Origin: Bacteroidota bacterium
GTDB lineage: Bacteria; Bacteroidota; Bacteroidia; Bacteroidales; P3
Length of the DNA stretch: 64,000 nucleotides
Assembly (NCBI GenBank): GCA_023415495.1
Contig: JAEZKK010000023.1
Coordinates: 145,323-209,322 of the forward strand
Direction: 5' to 3'
The position numbers and the translations under genes were made by a program. Position 1 is the first letter of the stretch, and each line of letters opens with the position of its first letter. Positions 1 to 9,302 of this stretch are shown one piece after another. The notes beneath the pieces are model-generated. The model had not been told where the DNA came from and did not search any database. It was given only the letters and a program-made list of their open reading frames with translations.

Positions 1-1058
1 CCAGGAGTATTAATTATATCACCTAAATTCTTTGCCTCTGACCATTCTCCATTTTCTCCCTTATAAGTATACCAAATATCACTATTCCCAAGCCCACCAG
101 GACGGGAAGAAACAAAGAAAAGTGTTCTGGAATCGGATGCTATTGAGGGTTGAGAATCCCAAGCTGCAGAATTAACCTTTGCTCCAAGATTTTTGGGTTC
201 GCTCCATTTATCTCCTTTTCTTGTTGAAACATAAATATCGCAAGAACCATAGCCATCCTTAGCATTGCATCTTGCAAAATAAGCATCCTTACCGTCAGGA
301 GAAATAGAAAGAGCTCCTTCATTTACATTAGAATTAAAAGGAGGAGGCATTAGCTCTGCCTTACTCCAAGTATTTTTTAACTTATTAGAAACATAAAAGT
401 CTTCAAAATAAGGTTCTCTTTTGTTTGTTGTATCTGGGTTAGGAGTTTGTCGAGTAAAGATTAAAGAGGTTTCATCTGCTACAAGTGTAGGGAAATACTC
501 ATCATCCTTAGTATTTATACTATTACCAATATTTCTTGGCTTAAACTCCACAGGATTATCCAAAGCATAGCGAACAAAATCAAGCTTTGATAATTGTTTC
601 TTAACATATTCCCTCCTTGCAAGATAACGGTTAGTATTTAGTTTTTCTAAAGCATATTGGTAATGATACTCCGATTTATCTATTTCGTAATTGCTAAGAT
701 AATAATCTCCAACCCTAACATGAGAATTTGGATCAAAATCAGGATGATTATTAACTAATTTCTCGTAATACTTATATGAAAGTAGCTTAGAGTTATTATC
801 ATTCTTTTTATTATAATATATCTCAGCCAAAGCCAAAAGAGAATGAGGATAGAGAGAATCATATCTTAAGGATAGTTGGAAATGTTTTATTGCCAATTCA
901 TCTCTATACGTATTTAGGTATTCTAATGCTTTGCTAAACTCCTTTTCAGCTCTTTTCTTGTTTTGAGCCATTGAAATATTTACAGATAAGATAACTATGA
1001 TTAAGAATATAGCTTTGAGATTTATGTTTTGTAATTTATTAATTAGGTGTTTCTTCAT
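1..1058 (-). CDS. TPR plus PD40/TolB-like beta-propeller repeat protein, N-terminal part (gene continues beyond window start; OmpA-family architecture likely)
   Basis: Manual translation of the minus strand from ATG at 1058 stays open to position 1. It shows a signal-like N-terminus (MKKHLINKLQNINLKAIFLIIVILSVNISMAQ), a TPR-like helical region and PD40-type motifs (SISPDGKDAYF; SIASDSRTLFFVSSRPGG.GNSDIW). The ATG overlaps the queE stop (TAATG). This ORF is absent from the track because it runs off the edge. Confidence 0.7.
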   Translation of the reverse strand, partial: MKKHLINKLQNINLKAIFLIIVILSVNISMAQNKKRAEKEFSKALEYLNTYRDELAIKHFQLSLRYDSLYPHSLLALAEIYYNKKNDNNSKLLSYKYYEKLVNNHPDFDPNSHVRVGDYYLSNYEIDKSEYHYQYALEKLNTNRYLARREYVKKQLSKLDFVRYALDNPVEFKPRNIGNSINTKDDEYFPTLVADETSLIFTRQTPNPDTTNKREPYFEDFYVSNKLKNTWSKAELMPPPFNSNVNEGALSISPDGKDAYFARCNAKDGYGSCDIYVSTRKGDKWSEPKNLGAKVNSAAWDSQPSIASDSRTLFFVSSRPGGLGNSDIWYTYKGENGEWSEAKNLGDIINTP

Positions 1059-1705
1059 TATGGGATTCTAATATATTTATGACTTTGCAATGATATCCTC
1101 CATTTCGGATTTGCTTTAATATAATCTACAATCAAGGGAATCATCGTATTACTAACGCTCCATTCGCATTGAAGGTATAATTTACATGTTTTTTCTACCT
1201 TTTTTGCATATTGTTCAGCAAAAAGAAAATCATCTTCATCGCATATTATCATCTTTAGCTCGCTTGCAAACTTCATATTCTCTTCCAAAGGGGGAAGATT
1301 TCTCTTAGCACTTAAACAAATCCAATCCCAAACTCCACTTATTTTTGAGCTCCCAGAGGTTTCTAATATTGTTTCAATTCCTTTTTCTTTAAGCTTTTGG
1401 CAAAGTAAATCAAGATTATAAAGCAATGGCTCTCCGCCAGTGATAATTACCGACTTAGCAGGATAGGAATTAGCTCTTTCAATAACCTCATCAATAGGAG
1501 TTGGAGATAATAAAGAAGCATCCCAAGCCTCTTTTACATCGCAAAAATGGCAACCCACATCACACCCTCCAATTCTAATAAAATAAGCAGCCTTACCAGT
1601 GTTAAACCCTTCTCCTTGAAGACTGTAAAACTCTTCCATTATTGGTAAATACTCTCCCTTTAGGATTAAATCTTCAGTATTTTTTAAATTGCTTTCATTA
1701 TTCAT
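1058..1705 (-). CDS. queE: 7-carboxy-7-deazaguanine synthase (radical SAM, queuosine pathway)
   Basis: 215 aa. Has a GGCDVGCHFCD cysteine cluster, SLQGEG near the N-terminus and ITGGEPLL. Size and motifs are typical of QueE. Confidence 0.8.
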   Translation of the reverse strand: MNNESNLKNTEDLILKGEYLPIMEEFYSLQGEGFNTGKAAYFIRIGGCDVGCHFCDVKEAWDASLLSPTPIDEVIERANSYPAKSVIITGGEPLLYNLDLLCQKLKEKGIETILETSGSSKISGVWDWICLSAKRNLPPLEENMKFASELKMIICDEDDFLFAEQYAKKVEKTCKLYLQCEWSVSNTMIPLIVDYIKANPKWRISLQSHKYIRIP

Positions 1706-1727
1706 TAATCTATCGCTTATTTAGGTG

Positions 1728-1735
1728 CAAAATTA
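1728..1735 (-). promoter_or_regulatory. -7 box for queE
   Basis: CAAAATTA on the plus strand equals TAATTTTG on the minus strand, 23 nt before the ATG. Confidence 0.5.
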
Positions 1736-1823
1736 AAACTTATTTCCCAATAAAACGATAATACCTCAATCAATATCATTAGAGCTTAAGTTAAATTGGA
1801 AAACATCAAAGAAGAAATTACTG

Positions 1824-1855
1824 AAATCAAGAAACAAAGAATTCTTTCTTGATTT
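1824..1855 (-). terminator. 11-bp perfect hairpin closing element A
   Basis: AAATCAAGAAA / TTTCTTGATTT with the loop CAAAGAATTC. Read on the element strand, the loop is identical to that of the element B hairpin, and the stems differ by two compensated pairs. The trailing T-tract is weak. Confidence 0.45.
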
Positions 1856-2031
1856 AAAAGAATTCTTTCTTGAATAGAAAGTCACTATGGTAGCTACCAT
1901 AGCAGCATTATGGTAGCTACCACAAGGGTGTTATGGTACCTACCACACGACCCTTATCATAGCTACCATAACGTAGTTTTTGAAATTTTTTGGATTTAGA
2001 AGGAAATAAAGATTTCTATTCCTTGTGTTTA

Positions 2032-2039
2032 CAAAGATA
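2032..2039 (-). promoter_or_regulatory. -7 box (TATCTTTG on minus strand) reading into array A
   Basis: CAAAGATA on the plus strand. The surrounding sequence ATTCATTTATTTTTCGTATCTTTG is conserved with element B (ATTCATTTATTTTGCGTATATTTG). Confidence 0.55.
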
Positions 2040-2078
2040 CGAAAAATAAATGAATTATGACTAAAAAAATGTGTTTAT

Positions 2079-2975
2079 TTAGTCTTTATAAATTTCGTTT
2101 TTGTATGCTTTTAATGTGTTTTGCAATAAAGATACTATTGTCATTGGTCCTACTCCTCCAGGAACTGGTGTTATATAAGAGCATTTAGGAGCTACATTTT
2201 TAAAATCCACATCCCCAACAATTCTATAACCTTTCTCAGTCGTATTATCCTCAACTCTGTGAATACCAACGTCAATTACAACAGCTCCATCTTTAACCAT
2301 TTCTTCTTTAACGAATTCAGGCTTTCCAATTGCAACAATTAGTATGTCAGCTTCAGCACAAATCTTTTCAATATCCTTAGTCTTGGAATGGCAAAGAGTT
2401 ACTGTACTGTTTGCTAAAGGATTATTTCTCGACAAAAGTATAGCCATAGGAGTTCCTACAATATTACTTCTTCCTAATACAACTGTGTTTTTACCAACTG
2501 TATCGATATTTGAACGATTTAAAAGGTTCATTATCCCCATTGGAGTAGCTGGAACAAAACAAGGCATATTATACATCATTCTTCCTCCATTGGTTGGATG
2601 AAAACCATCAACATCCTTTCGTGGATCAATGTTTTGAATTATCTTACTCTCATCAATATGTTTTGGTAAAGGTAATTGAATAATAAAACCATCTACCTCT
2701 GGGTCTTTATTTAAAAAATCAACGGTCTTTAGCAATTCTTCTTGAGTAGTTTCAACTGGAAGTCTATAAACCGAGGAGATAAATCCCACTTCTTTACTTT
2801 GTTTTTCTTTACTTGCTACATAAGAAAGGCTTGCACCGTCTTCTCCAAGAATAACAGCTACTAAATGAGGAGCTCTTTGTCCATTATCTATTATCTCAGC
2901 TACTTCTTTTGCAATTTCATTCTTAATCTCTTTAGCTATTGCCTTCCCGTCAATTAAAATTGGTTTCTTTTCCAT
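2079..2975 (-). CDS. folD: bifunctional methylenetetrahydrofolate dehydrogenase/cyclohydrolase
   Basis: 298 aa. Motifs LPLP, DVDGFHP, VVLGRSNIVG.P and TPVPGGVGPMT are diagnostic of FolD. Confidence 0.95.
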   Translation of the reverse strand: MEKKPILIDGKAIAKEIKNEIAKEVAEIIDNGQRAPHLVAVILGEDGASLSYVASKEKQSKEVGFISSVYRLPVETTQEELLKTVDFLNKDPEVDGFIIQLPLPKHIDESKIIQNIDPRKDVDGFHPTNGGRMMYNMPCFVPATPMGIMNLLNRSNIDTVGKNTVVLGRSNIVGTPMAILLSRNNPLANSTVTLCHSKTKDIEKICAEADILIVAIGKPEFVKEEMVKDGAVVIDVGIHRVEDNTTEKGYRIVGDVDFKNVAPKCSYITPVPGGVGPMTIVSLLQNTLKAYKNEIYKD

Positions 2976-4303
2976 TATCTTCTTTTCTTAAGATTTTTCA
3001 ATGCACTTAATTTACTACCTCCCCCGCTCATCATCTTCATGGCCTTGCGGGTTTCGTCAAACTGTTTCAATAATCTATTTACATCCTCAATCGTAGTACC
3101 TGATCCTTTTGCAATTCTCTTTCTTCTGCTTCCATCAATTCTTGTTGGGTTCTCTCTTTCAAATGGAGTCATTGAACCAATTATAGCTTCAATTCCCTTA
3201 AAGGCATCATCATTAATCTCTACATCCTTCATCATCTTGCCTACTCCTGGAATCATTCCCATAAGGTCCTTGATATTTCCCATCTTCTTGATTTGCTTAA
3301 TCTGACTAAGGAAATCATTAAAGTCAAACTCGTTGGTTTTAATCTTTTTGGATAGCTTTCTTGCTTCTTGTTCATCATATTGTTCTTGAGCCTTTTCTAC
3401 TAAGGAAACAATATCTCCCATTCCAAGGATACGAGAAGCCATACGCTCAGGATGGAATACATCTAAAGCATCCATCTTCTCCCCAATACCAACGAACTTA
3501 ATTGGTTTCTTAACAATTTGGCGAATAGTCAAAGCAGCACCACCCCTTGTATCTCCATCCAATTTTGTTAATACTACACCGTCGTAATCCAATCTTTCAT
3601 TAAATGCCTTAGCAGTATTAACAGCATCTTGACCTGTCATACTATCTACGACGAAAAGAGTTTCCTGAGGATTGATTGTAGATTTAATAGATGATATTTC
3701 ATCCATCATTTCTTGGTCAATCGCTAAACGACCTGCAGTATCTACAATAACTACATTTATTCCTCTATCCTTTGCTCTTTGAACAGCGTTCTTCGCAATT
3801 TGAATAGGATTCTTTGAATCTTCAGTATAAACTTCAACTCCTATTTGCTCACCCAGAACTTGTAATTGATTAATAGCAGCAGGACGATAAACGTCGCCAG
3901 CTGTCAATAATACAGATTTTCCTTTTTTTGTCTTTAGATAATTAGCAAGTTTTGAAGAGAAAGTAGTCTTACCACTACCTTGCAAACCAGCTATAAGAAT
4001 TATTGCAGGGGAACCTTTAATATTAATTGTTTCTGCACCTCCCCCCATTAATTCGGTAAGCTCGTCCTGCACAATCTTTACCATTAACTGACCAGGCTCA
4101 ACAGAGGTTAGAACATTCTTCCCTAAGGCTTTTTGTTTAACTGTATCACAGAACTCTTTTGCAATAGCATAGCTTACGTCAGCATCAATTAAAGCCTTGC
4201 GAACTTCCTTTAGAGTATCAGCAATATTAATCTCGGTAATCTTCCCTTGACCTTTTAAAATCTTAAACGCTTTATCAAACTTTTCGCTTAAATTCTCAAA
4301 CAT
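2975..4303 (-). CDS. ffh: signal recognition particle protein Ffh
   Basis: 442 aa. SRP54 N and G domains (GLQGSGKTT, DTAGR, TKLDGD.RGGAAL) and a Met-rich M domain. The stop overlaps the folD start by 1 nt. Confidence 0.95.
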   Translation of the reverse strand: MFENLSEKFDKAFKILKGQGKITEINIADTLKEVRKALIDADVSYAIAKEFCDTVKQKALGKNVLTSVEPGQLMVKIVQDELTELMGGGAETINIKGSPAIILIAGLQGSGKTTFSSKLANYLKTKKGKSVLLTAGDVYRPAAINQLQVLGEQIGVEVYTEDSKNPIQIAKNAVQRAKDRGINVVIVDTAGRLAIDQEMMDEISSIKSTINPQETLFVVDSMTGQDAVNTAKAFNERLDYDGVVLTKLDGDTRGGAALTIRQIVKKPIKFVGIGEKMDALDVFHPERMASRILGMGDIVSLVEKAQEQYDEQEARKLSKKIKTNEFDFNDFLSQIKQIKKMGNIKDLMGMIPGVGKMMKDVEINDDAFKGIEAIIGSMTPFERENPTRIDGSRRKRIAKGSGTTIEDVNRLLKQFDETRKAMKMMSGGGSKLSALKNLKKRR

Positions 4304-4346
4304 AGTATGTAAATAGAAATGTGTTAAATCTTAATTTATTGGCTTG

Positions 4347-4354
4347 CAAAGTTA
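4347..4354 (-). promoter_or_regulatory. -7 box for ffh-folD
   Basis: CAAAGTTA equals TAACTTTG on the minus strand. Confidence 0.5.
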
Positions 4355-4378
4355 ATTCTTTTTTGCCTAACAGCGAAA

Positions 4379-5581
4379 TTAGTAAATCAAGTATTTCTCT
4401 CTTATCTTTTTAAACTCTTCTAAGTCTTTTGACCATGAGTTTTTTATAAATGTTTCAGATTGGTTTTGTTTTATCTGTGCTTTCAATTCTCTGGAGCCTG
4501 AGAGTTTGTCGAAAAAGGGTTGGAAAAATTTGTCTTTATTTGGATATGCTCTATACATTTCAATTAAATAGCTTAAATCTATTTCATTCTTTATTTCACA
4601 TTTCAATTTTAAACCATTGCATTGCTGGTTTTTGTATGGAGGATTATCACTTACTCCTTTAATTATCCTTGGAGTAAAACTTATTATATCTTTTCCTTCA
4701 AGTCTTTTTGTATAATAATTAGGAAAACCTATAATCTCAAAAGGGGTATCAGTTCCTCTACCTACACTTACTGGTGTTCCTTCAAACCAACATATTGAGG
4801 GATATAATATAATTGAGCAATCGGTTCTTAGATTTGGGCTTGGAGAAATTGGGAGTGAATATTTTGAATTATGATTATAGTTATCAATCTGTATTACTTT
4901 TAAATCGCAAATCAGATTTCCCCTTTCTCCTTCTACTCTTTTATTAGAAGTTCCTAACCACCTCTCTCCATTTATCATAAGGGCATATTCCCCAATAGTC
5001 ATTCCATAAACAATTGGCACTGGATGCATGCCGACAAAACTTACCAAATCTTTATCCTTTAATACTGGACCATCGATATAAGAAGCATTTGGATTAGGTC
5101 TGTCAAGAACTATTAATGGTATATTATTCTCGCTACATGCTTCCATAACATAGTGAAGAGTTGAGATATAGGTATAGAACCTTGTCCCTACATCTTGTAA
5201 ATCGAATATAATTATATCATTATTCTGGAATTCTTCTTTCTTTGGCTTTTTATTATTTCCATATAGCGAAATAATAGGAAGATTGGTTTTAGAATCTATT
5301 GAGGAGTTGATTGCAGCTCCCGCCTCTGCCTCTCCTCTAAATCCATGTTCAGGACAATAAATAGCCCTTAGATTTACATTTAAGCTAATCAAGCTATCAA
5401 CCAAATGAGTCTTCCCAATCAATGAGCTTTGGTTCGAAACAACACCTACCTTCTTATTTTCTAATAATGGAAGATAATCCTCAATGCATTCAGCCCCAAC
5501 CTTAATATAAGTGTGATTATCTTGGGAGAAGAGATTAGTATTAATAAAGAAAAGAATAATAAAAAGAAAGATTTGCCTCAT
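4379..5581 (-). CDS. DUF1343 family protein (exo-beta-N-acetylmuramidase NamZ-like)
   Basis: 400 aa with a signal-like N-terminus. Motifs CPEHGFRGE, FDLQDVG.RFYTY and LDRPNP are characteristic of DUF1343. Confidence 0.75.
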   Translation of the reverse strand: MRQIFLFIILFFINTNLFSQDNHTYIKVGAECIEDYLPLLENKKVGVVSNQSSLIGKTHLVDSLISLNVNLRAIYCPEHGFRGEAEAGAAINSSIDSKTNLPIISLYGNNKKPKKEEFQNNDIIIFDLQDVGTRFYTYISTLHYVMEACSENNIPLIVLDRPNPNASYIDGPVLKDKDLVSFVGMHPVPIVYGMTIGEYALMINGERWLGTSNKRVEGERGNLICDLKVIQIDNYNHNSKYSLPISPSPNLRTDCSIILYPSICWFEGTPVSVGRGTDTPFEIIGFPNYYTKRLEGKDIISFTPRIIKGVSDNPPYKNQQCNGLKLKCEIKNEIDLSYLIEMYRAYPNKDKFFQPFFDKLSGSRELKAQIKQNQSETFIKNSWSKDLEEFKKIREKYLIY

Positions 5582-5614
5582 AAGTAAAACGTATTAATAG
5601 TTTAATTTATAAGG

Positions 5615-5622
5615 CAAATATA
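5615..5622 (-). promoter_or_regulatory. -7 box for the DUF1343 gene
   Basis: CAAATATA equals TATATTTG on the minus strand. Confidence 0.5.
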
Positions 5623-5649
5623 CAATTGTTTTTTTAGATAATAAGAAGT

Positions 5650-6444
5650 CTATTCCTTTCTTCTGTTTTTCTTATATCGCTTATACACCCACCTTGATAA
5701 GAATACTACTAATATTATTACCCATAAATAGGTTAGGGTTGTGAAGACTTTTAAAAAGACTTGAAGTCCTTGGGTTAGAGCTTCCCATAACTCGGAGAAA
5801 AATCTATTAGAATATTTATAATCCTTGTGGAAACTAATGTTTAAGGTGCTGTAATTTACTTGGTCATTTAAGTATTTCAATCTTCCTTGAGTTGCCTCTA
5901 TCTCTATTCTTAAATCATTCAATTGTTTGTAAATCTCAGTAGTCTCATTAACATTCTTAGCCTTAGATAATAAATCCAATAGTTTGGTTTCGTATTCTCT
6001 CTTTACCTTTAACCTTGACTCAATATCGATAAACTCTTCGGTAACATCCTTAACCATTATGGTCTTGCTCTCAATCTCCTTTATATTCTCGTCTTCAATT
6101 ATCTTATTTAGAAAATTATCAAAATCCTTGGATGGCACCCTTATAATTAAGTCATACCCCTTTGAATCTTCATAATTCTCAATCTTTTCGTCTGAAATAT
6201 ATCCCTTATACAATATAACCTTAGACTTTATCCAATTATAAGTTTTCTCTATGCTATTAGTCTTGAAACTAATATATCCGTCTTTAATAAGTTTCTCACC
6301 AACTCTTTTTTCATTAGAATTTGTTTGCTCGTGTGTAACGCTTGCCTCAACCATTGTTCCTTCTCCGCTTTCGGTTTTACTTCCACAACCAAAAACAATT
6401 AGTATAAAGAAAGATAGCAAGCTAAGTTTAAGTTTCCTTTGCAT
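5650..6444 (-). CDS. DUF4349-like lipoprotein
   Basis: 264 aa. Lipobox (LIVFGCGS), a central coiled-coil segment (DVTEEFIDIESRLK...) and a C-terminal transmembrane helix. The pattern matches DUF4349 from memory. Confidence 0.6.
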   Translation of the reverse strand: MQRKLKLSLLSFFILIVFGCGSKTESGEGTMVEASVTHEQTNSNEKRVGEKLIKDGYISFKTNSIEKTYNWIKSKVILYKGYISDEKIENYEDSKGYDLIIRVPSKDFDNFLNKIIEDENIKEIESKTIMVKDVTEEFIDIESRLKVKREYETKLLDLLSKAKNVNETTEIYKQLNDLRIEIEATQGRLKYLNDQVNYSTLNISFHKDYKYSNRFFSELWEALTQGLQVFLKVFTTLTYLWVIILVVFLSRWVYKRYKKNRRKE

Positions 6445-6466
6445 AGTCTTAGTTTATTTCAATTTT

Positions 6467-6949
6467 TTAGTCTTTTAGTTCTCCAATAATTGGAACGTAG
6501 TTTTTACCGTATTTCTTTGCACATTTTGGACATGTAGTGTACCACATATACATTTTGCTTACCTTTAGATTCTTTTTCTCTAAATGAGATTCATAGTCTT
6601 TACACCATTTGCCATTTTCTTGAAACTTACCTTCGTAAACCTTAGAGTAGTATTTTCCAGTGAACTTTACATTCTCAATTCCCTCAACCTCTTTGTCTAT
6701 TGCAATGTAAATATTCATTTTCCACTTGGAAACATGCTCGCTAAGGGATATCATTTCTTCCTGATTAATAGATGAGAAATTAATTAGCTTATCTAATCGT
6801 TTCATTACCGATGAGAAATTAATCGGCATATAGAAGAATGTTTTTACCTCCGACTTAACAAAGTTCTTATTCTCCCATTCCAAAACCTTATCATCCCATT
6901 TTTCGGGTTTAAATTCTGGACAACAAATGTTTTCTTCTTTATTACTCAT
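6467..6949 (-). CDS. conserved hypothetical Cys-containing protein (CCPEF...CPKC)
   Basis: 160 aa ORF with its own -7 box upstream (7004-7011). I recall homologues with the same CCP...WYTTCPKCAKKYGKNY layout but know no function. Confidence 0.5.
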   Translation of the reverse strand: MSNKEENICCPEFKPEKWDDKVLEWENKNFVKSEVKTFFYMPINFSSVMKRLDKLINFSSINQEEMISLSEHVSKWKMNIYIAIDKEVEGIENVKFTGKYYSKVYEGKFQENGKWCKDYESHLEKKNLKVSKMYMWYTTCPKCAKKYGKNYVPIIGELKD

Positions 6950-7003
6950 AATTTACCTCCTTGATTTTAAATTGAAATTAATAATTATATTTATTTATGA
7001 CAG

Positions 7004-7011
7004 CAAAGATA
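7004..7011 (-). promoter_or_regulatory. -7 box for the 6467-6949 gene
   Basis: CAAAGATA equals TATCTTTG on the minus strand. Confidence 0.5.
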
Positions 7012-7096
7012 GTATTATTTTCTGACCTTTTGTCATATTTATTGGTTTGGAATCTAATTTGAGGCTTAAGATATAAAATTAAACACATTAAAAGTT

Positions 7097-9241
7097 ATGG
7101 AAGGAAATAAAAAAAGATTTGACCAATTAAATCGTTATGCTCGAAATTTAAACGAAGAGGCTAAGAACAACAAGCTTGACCCTGTTATTGGTCGTGATGA
7201 GGAAATTCGTAGGGTATTGCAAATTCTATCGCGTAGAACTAAGAATAATCCAATACTTATTGGTGAGCCTGGGGTTGGAAAGACAGCTATTGCCGAAGGC
7301 TTAGCTCAGAGAATTGAAAGAGCAGATGTACCAGAGAACCTTAAGGATAAGCAAATATACTCCTTGGATATGGGAGCTTTGATTGCAGGAGCTAAGTATA
7401 AGGGAGAGTTTGAGGAGAGATTAAAAGGAGTTGTGAATGATGTCATTAGTTCCAATGGAGATGTTATCCTTTTTATTGATGAGATACATACTTTGGTGGG
7501 TGCTGGAGGAGGCGAAGGCGCTATGGATGCAGCAAACATTCTTAAACCAGCTCTTTCCAGAGGGGAATTAAGAGCAGTTGGAGCAACAACCCTCAATGAG
7601 TATCAAAAGTATTTTGAAAAAGATAAGGCACTTGAAAGAAGGTTTCAAATGGTAATAATCGATGAACCATCAATTGCTGATACTATATCTATACTAAGAG
7701 GTCTTAAGGAGAAATACGAAGTACATCATAAGGTTAGGATAAAAGACTCAGCAATTATATCGGCTGCACAAATGAGTGCAAGATATATTACTAATAGATT
7801 CTTACCCGATAAGGCTATTGACTTAATCGATGAGGCAGCTGCAAAGCTTAGGATGGAAATAAATTCTTCTCCAGAGGAGATAGATGAGGTTGAAAGAAGA
7901 CTTAGACAATTGGAGATTGAAAGAGCTGCAATTAGAAAAGAAAAAGACAAGAAAAAAGAAGAGGAATTAACGAAGGAGATAGATGAATTAAGCAAAACAA
8001 AAGAAACTCTAAGAGGAAAATGGGAGAAAGAAAAGAATTTGGTCGATGCTATTCAAGATGAGGTTAAAAAGATTGAAAAATATAAGATTGATGCTACTCA
8101 GGCAGAGAGGATGGGAGATTATGGTAAGGTTGCTGAGCTAAGATATGGCAAGATTAAACAAGCCGAAACCGACCTTGAAAACTATCAAACTAAGCTTAAA
8201 GAAATTCAAGGTAATGAAGCACTTATTACCGAAGAGGTTAATGAGAACCATATTGCAGAGGTTATTTCTCGTTGGACTGGTATTCCTGTTCAAAAAATGC
8301 TTCAAAGCGAAAAAGAAAAACTAATTAAGCTTGAGGATGAATTATCTAATAGAGTAATAGGTCAATTTGAAGCAATACAAGCTGTATCCAATGCTATTAG
8401 ACGTTCAAGAGCAGGTCTTTCGGATGACAAACGACCAATAGGTTCCTTTGCTTTCTTAGGCTCTACTGGAGTTGGGAAGACCGAGCTTGCAAGAGCATTG
8501 GCAGAATTGCTTTTCGATGATGAGAATATGATGGTTAGGATAGATATGAGCGAATACCAAGAAAGACATTCTATTTCAAGACTAATTGGGGCTCCTCCGG
8601 GATATGTTGGATATGATGAGAGCGGACAATTGACCGAAGCTGTTAGAAGAAAACCTTATTCTATTGTCTTATTGGATGAGATAGAAAAAGCACATCCTGA
8701 TGTATTTAATATATTACTGCAAGTATTGGAAGATGGAAGACTAACCGACAATAAGGGAAGGGTTGTGGACTTTAAGAATACAATTGTGATAATGACAAGT
8801 AATTTAGGTTCGGAACACTTGCAAGAGGCTATTGAGTCGAGCAAAGAAAATTTTGATTCAGAGTGGAATAAAGGCAAGGAAAAGGTAATGGAATTGCTTC
8901 GAAGAACCATTAGACCTGAGTTCCTTAATAGGATTGATGAGATAATTGTATTTAAACCTTTAAGAATTGAAGAAGTTAGAGAGATTGTTGTATTGCAAAT
9001 CAATAGGCTAAAGGCTCAACTTAGAGAAAAGGATATTAGAATTGAATTTACCGATAAGGCAATTGATTTCTTAGCCGAAAGAGGTTATGAACCTTCCTTA
9101 GGAGCAAGACCAATCAAAAGAGCATTACAAAAACTTGTAATTAACGCCCTATCAATCGAATTAATAAAAGGAATAATATCCCAAGAGAACAAAATAGAGG
9201 TAGACGAAATTGATAATCAATTAGTATTTAAAAAAGTATAA
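7097..9241 (+). CDS. clpB: ClpB-type AAA+ disaggregase lacking the N-terminal domain
   Basis: 714 aa. Two AAA+ modules (GEPGVGKTA; GSTGVGKTE), a long coiled-coil middle domain between them, and the motifs [14 protein letters not shown] and GARPIKR. The protein begins about where E. coli ClpB residue 150 aligns. Confidence 0.9.
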   Translation: MEGNKKRFDQLNRYARNLNEEAKNNKLDPVIGRDEEIRRVLQILSRRTKNNPILIGEPGVGKTAIAEGLAQRIERADVPENLKDKQIYSLDMGALIAGAKYKGEFEERLKGVVNDVISSNGDVILFIDEIHTLVGAGGGEGAMDAANILKPALSRGELRAVGATTLNEYQKYFEKDKALERRFQMVIIDEPSIADTISILRGLKEKYEVHHKVRIKDSAIISAAQMSARYITNRFLPDKAIDLIDEAAAKLRMEINSSPEEIDEVERRLRQLEIERAAIRKEKDKKKEEELTKEIDELSKTKETLRGKWEKEKNLVDAIQDEVKKIEKYKIDATQAERMGDYGKVAELRYGKIKQAETDLENYQTKLKEIQGNEALITEEVNENHIAEVISRWTGIPVQKMLQSEKEKLIKLEDELSNRVIGQFEAIQAVSNAIRRSRAGLSDDKRPIGSFAFLGSTGVGKTELARALAELLFDDENMMVRIDMSEYQERHSISRLIGAPPGYVGYDESGQLTEAVRRKPYSIVLLDEIEKAHPDVFNILLQVLEDGRLTDNKGRVVDFKNTIVIMTSNLGSEHLQEAIESSKENFDSEWNKGKEKVMELLRRTIRPEFLNRIDEIIVFKPLRIEEVREIVVLQINRLKAQLREKDIRIEFTDKAIDFLAERGYEPSLGARPIKRALQKLVINALSIELIKGIISQENKIEVDEIDNQLVFKKV

Positions 9242-9263
9242 TCAACCCTCAAAACAACAAACA

Positions 9264-9302
9264 AAAAGCTATAATCAAAATTGGTTATAGCTTTTGTTTT
9301 TT
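9264..9302. terminator. bidirectional rho-independent terminator between clpB and the convergent YD-like gene
   Basis: An 11-bp perfect stem (AAAAGCTATAA / TTATAGCTTTT) is followed by GTTTTTT on the plus strand and by a T-rich run on the minus strand. Confidence 0.7.

Larger units (their letters stand above)
1800..2060 (-). repeat. minisatellite element A (TGGTA-NN-TACCA family, 4 units, 23-bp period), paralog of element B
   Basis: Dyad cores are centred at 1893.5, 1916.5, 1939.5 and 1962.5 (the last is degenerate in one half). The reverse complement aligns with 22757-23015 over promoter box, leader, array and terminal hairpin. Confidence 0.85.

Noticed and set aside
140-322. 60-aa track ORF on the minus strand.
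   Set aside because: It lies out of frame inside the much longer TPR/PD40 reading frame that is open from 1058 to position 1.
2344-2601. Short ORFs nested antisense or out of frame within long conserved genes. Examples are 2344-2601, 3039-3305, 4450-4662, 5984-6175, 6251-6478, 7306-7596, 7726-7995, 8656-9003, 11926-12291, 12556-12744, 14692-14904, 15311-15541, 16270-16524, 16702-17016, 18735-18932, 21334-21537, 23441-23623, 25293-25550, 37031-37216, 40295-40546, 41459-41893, 42158-42415, 45910-46137, 46777-46983, 48732-48920, 49446-49634, 52266-52448, 52917-53138, 54098-54292, 55802-55999 and 57168-57485.
   Set aside because: Their compositions are low-complexity Ser/Leu/Ile/Phe-rich, as expected for the opposite strand of AT-rich genes. 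Each is fully contained in a gene with strong family motifs, and none has its own promoter box.
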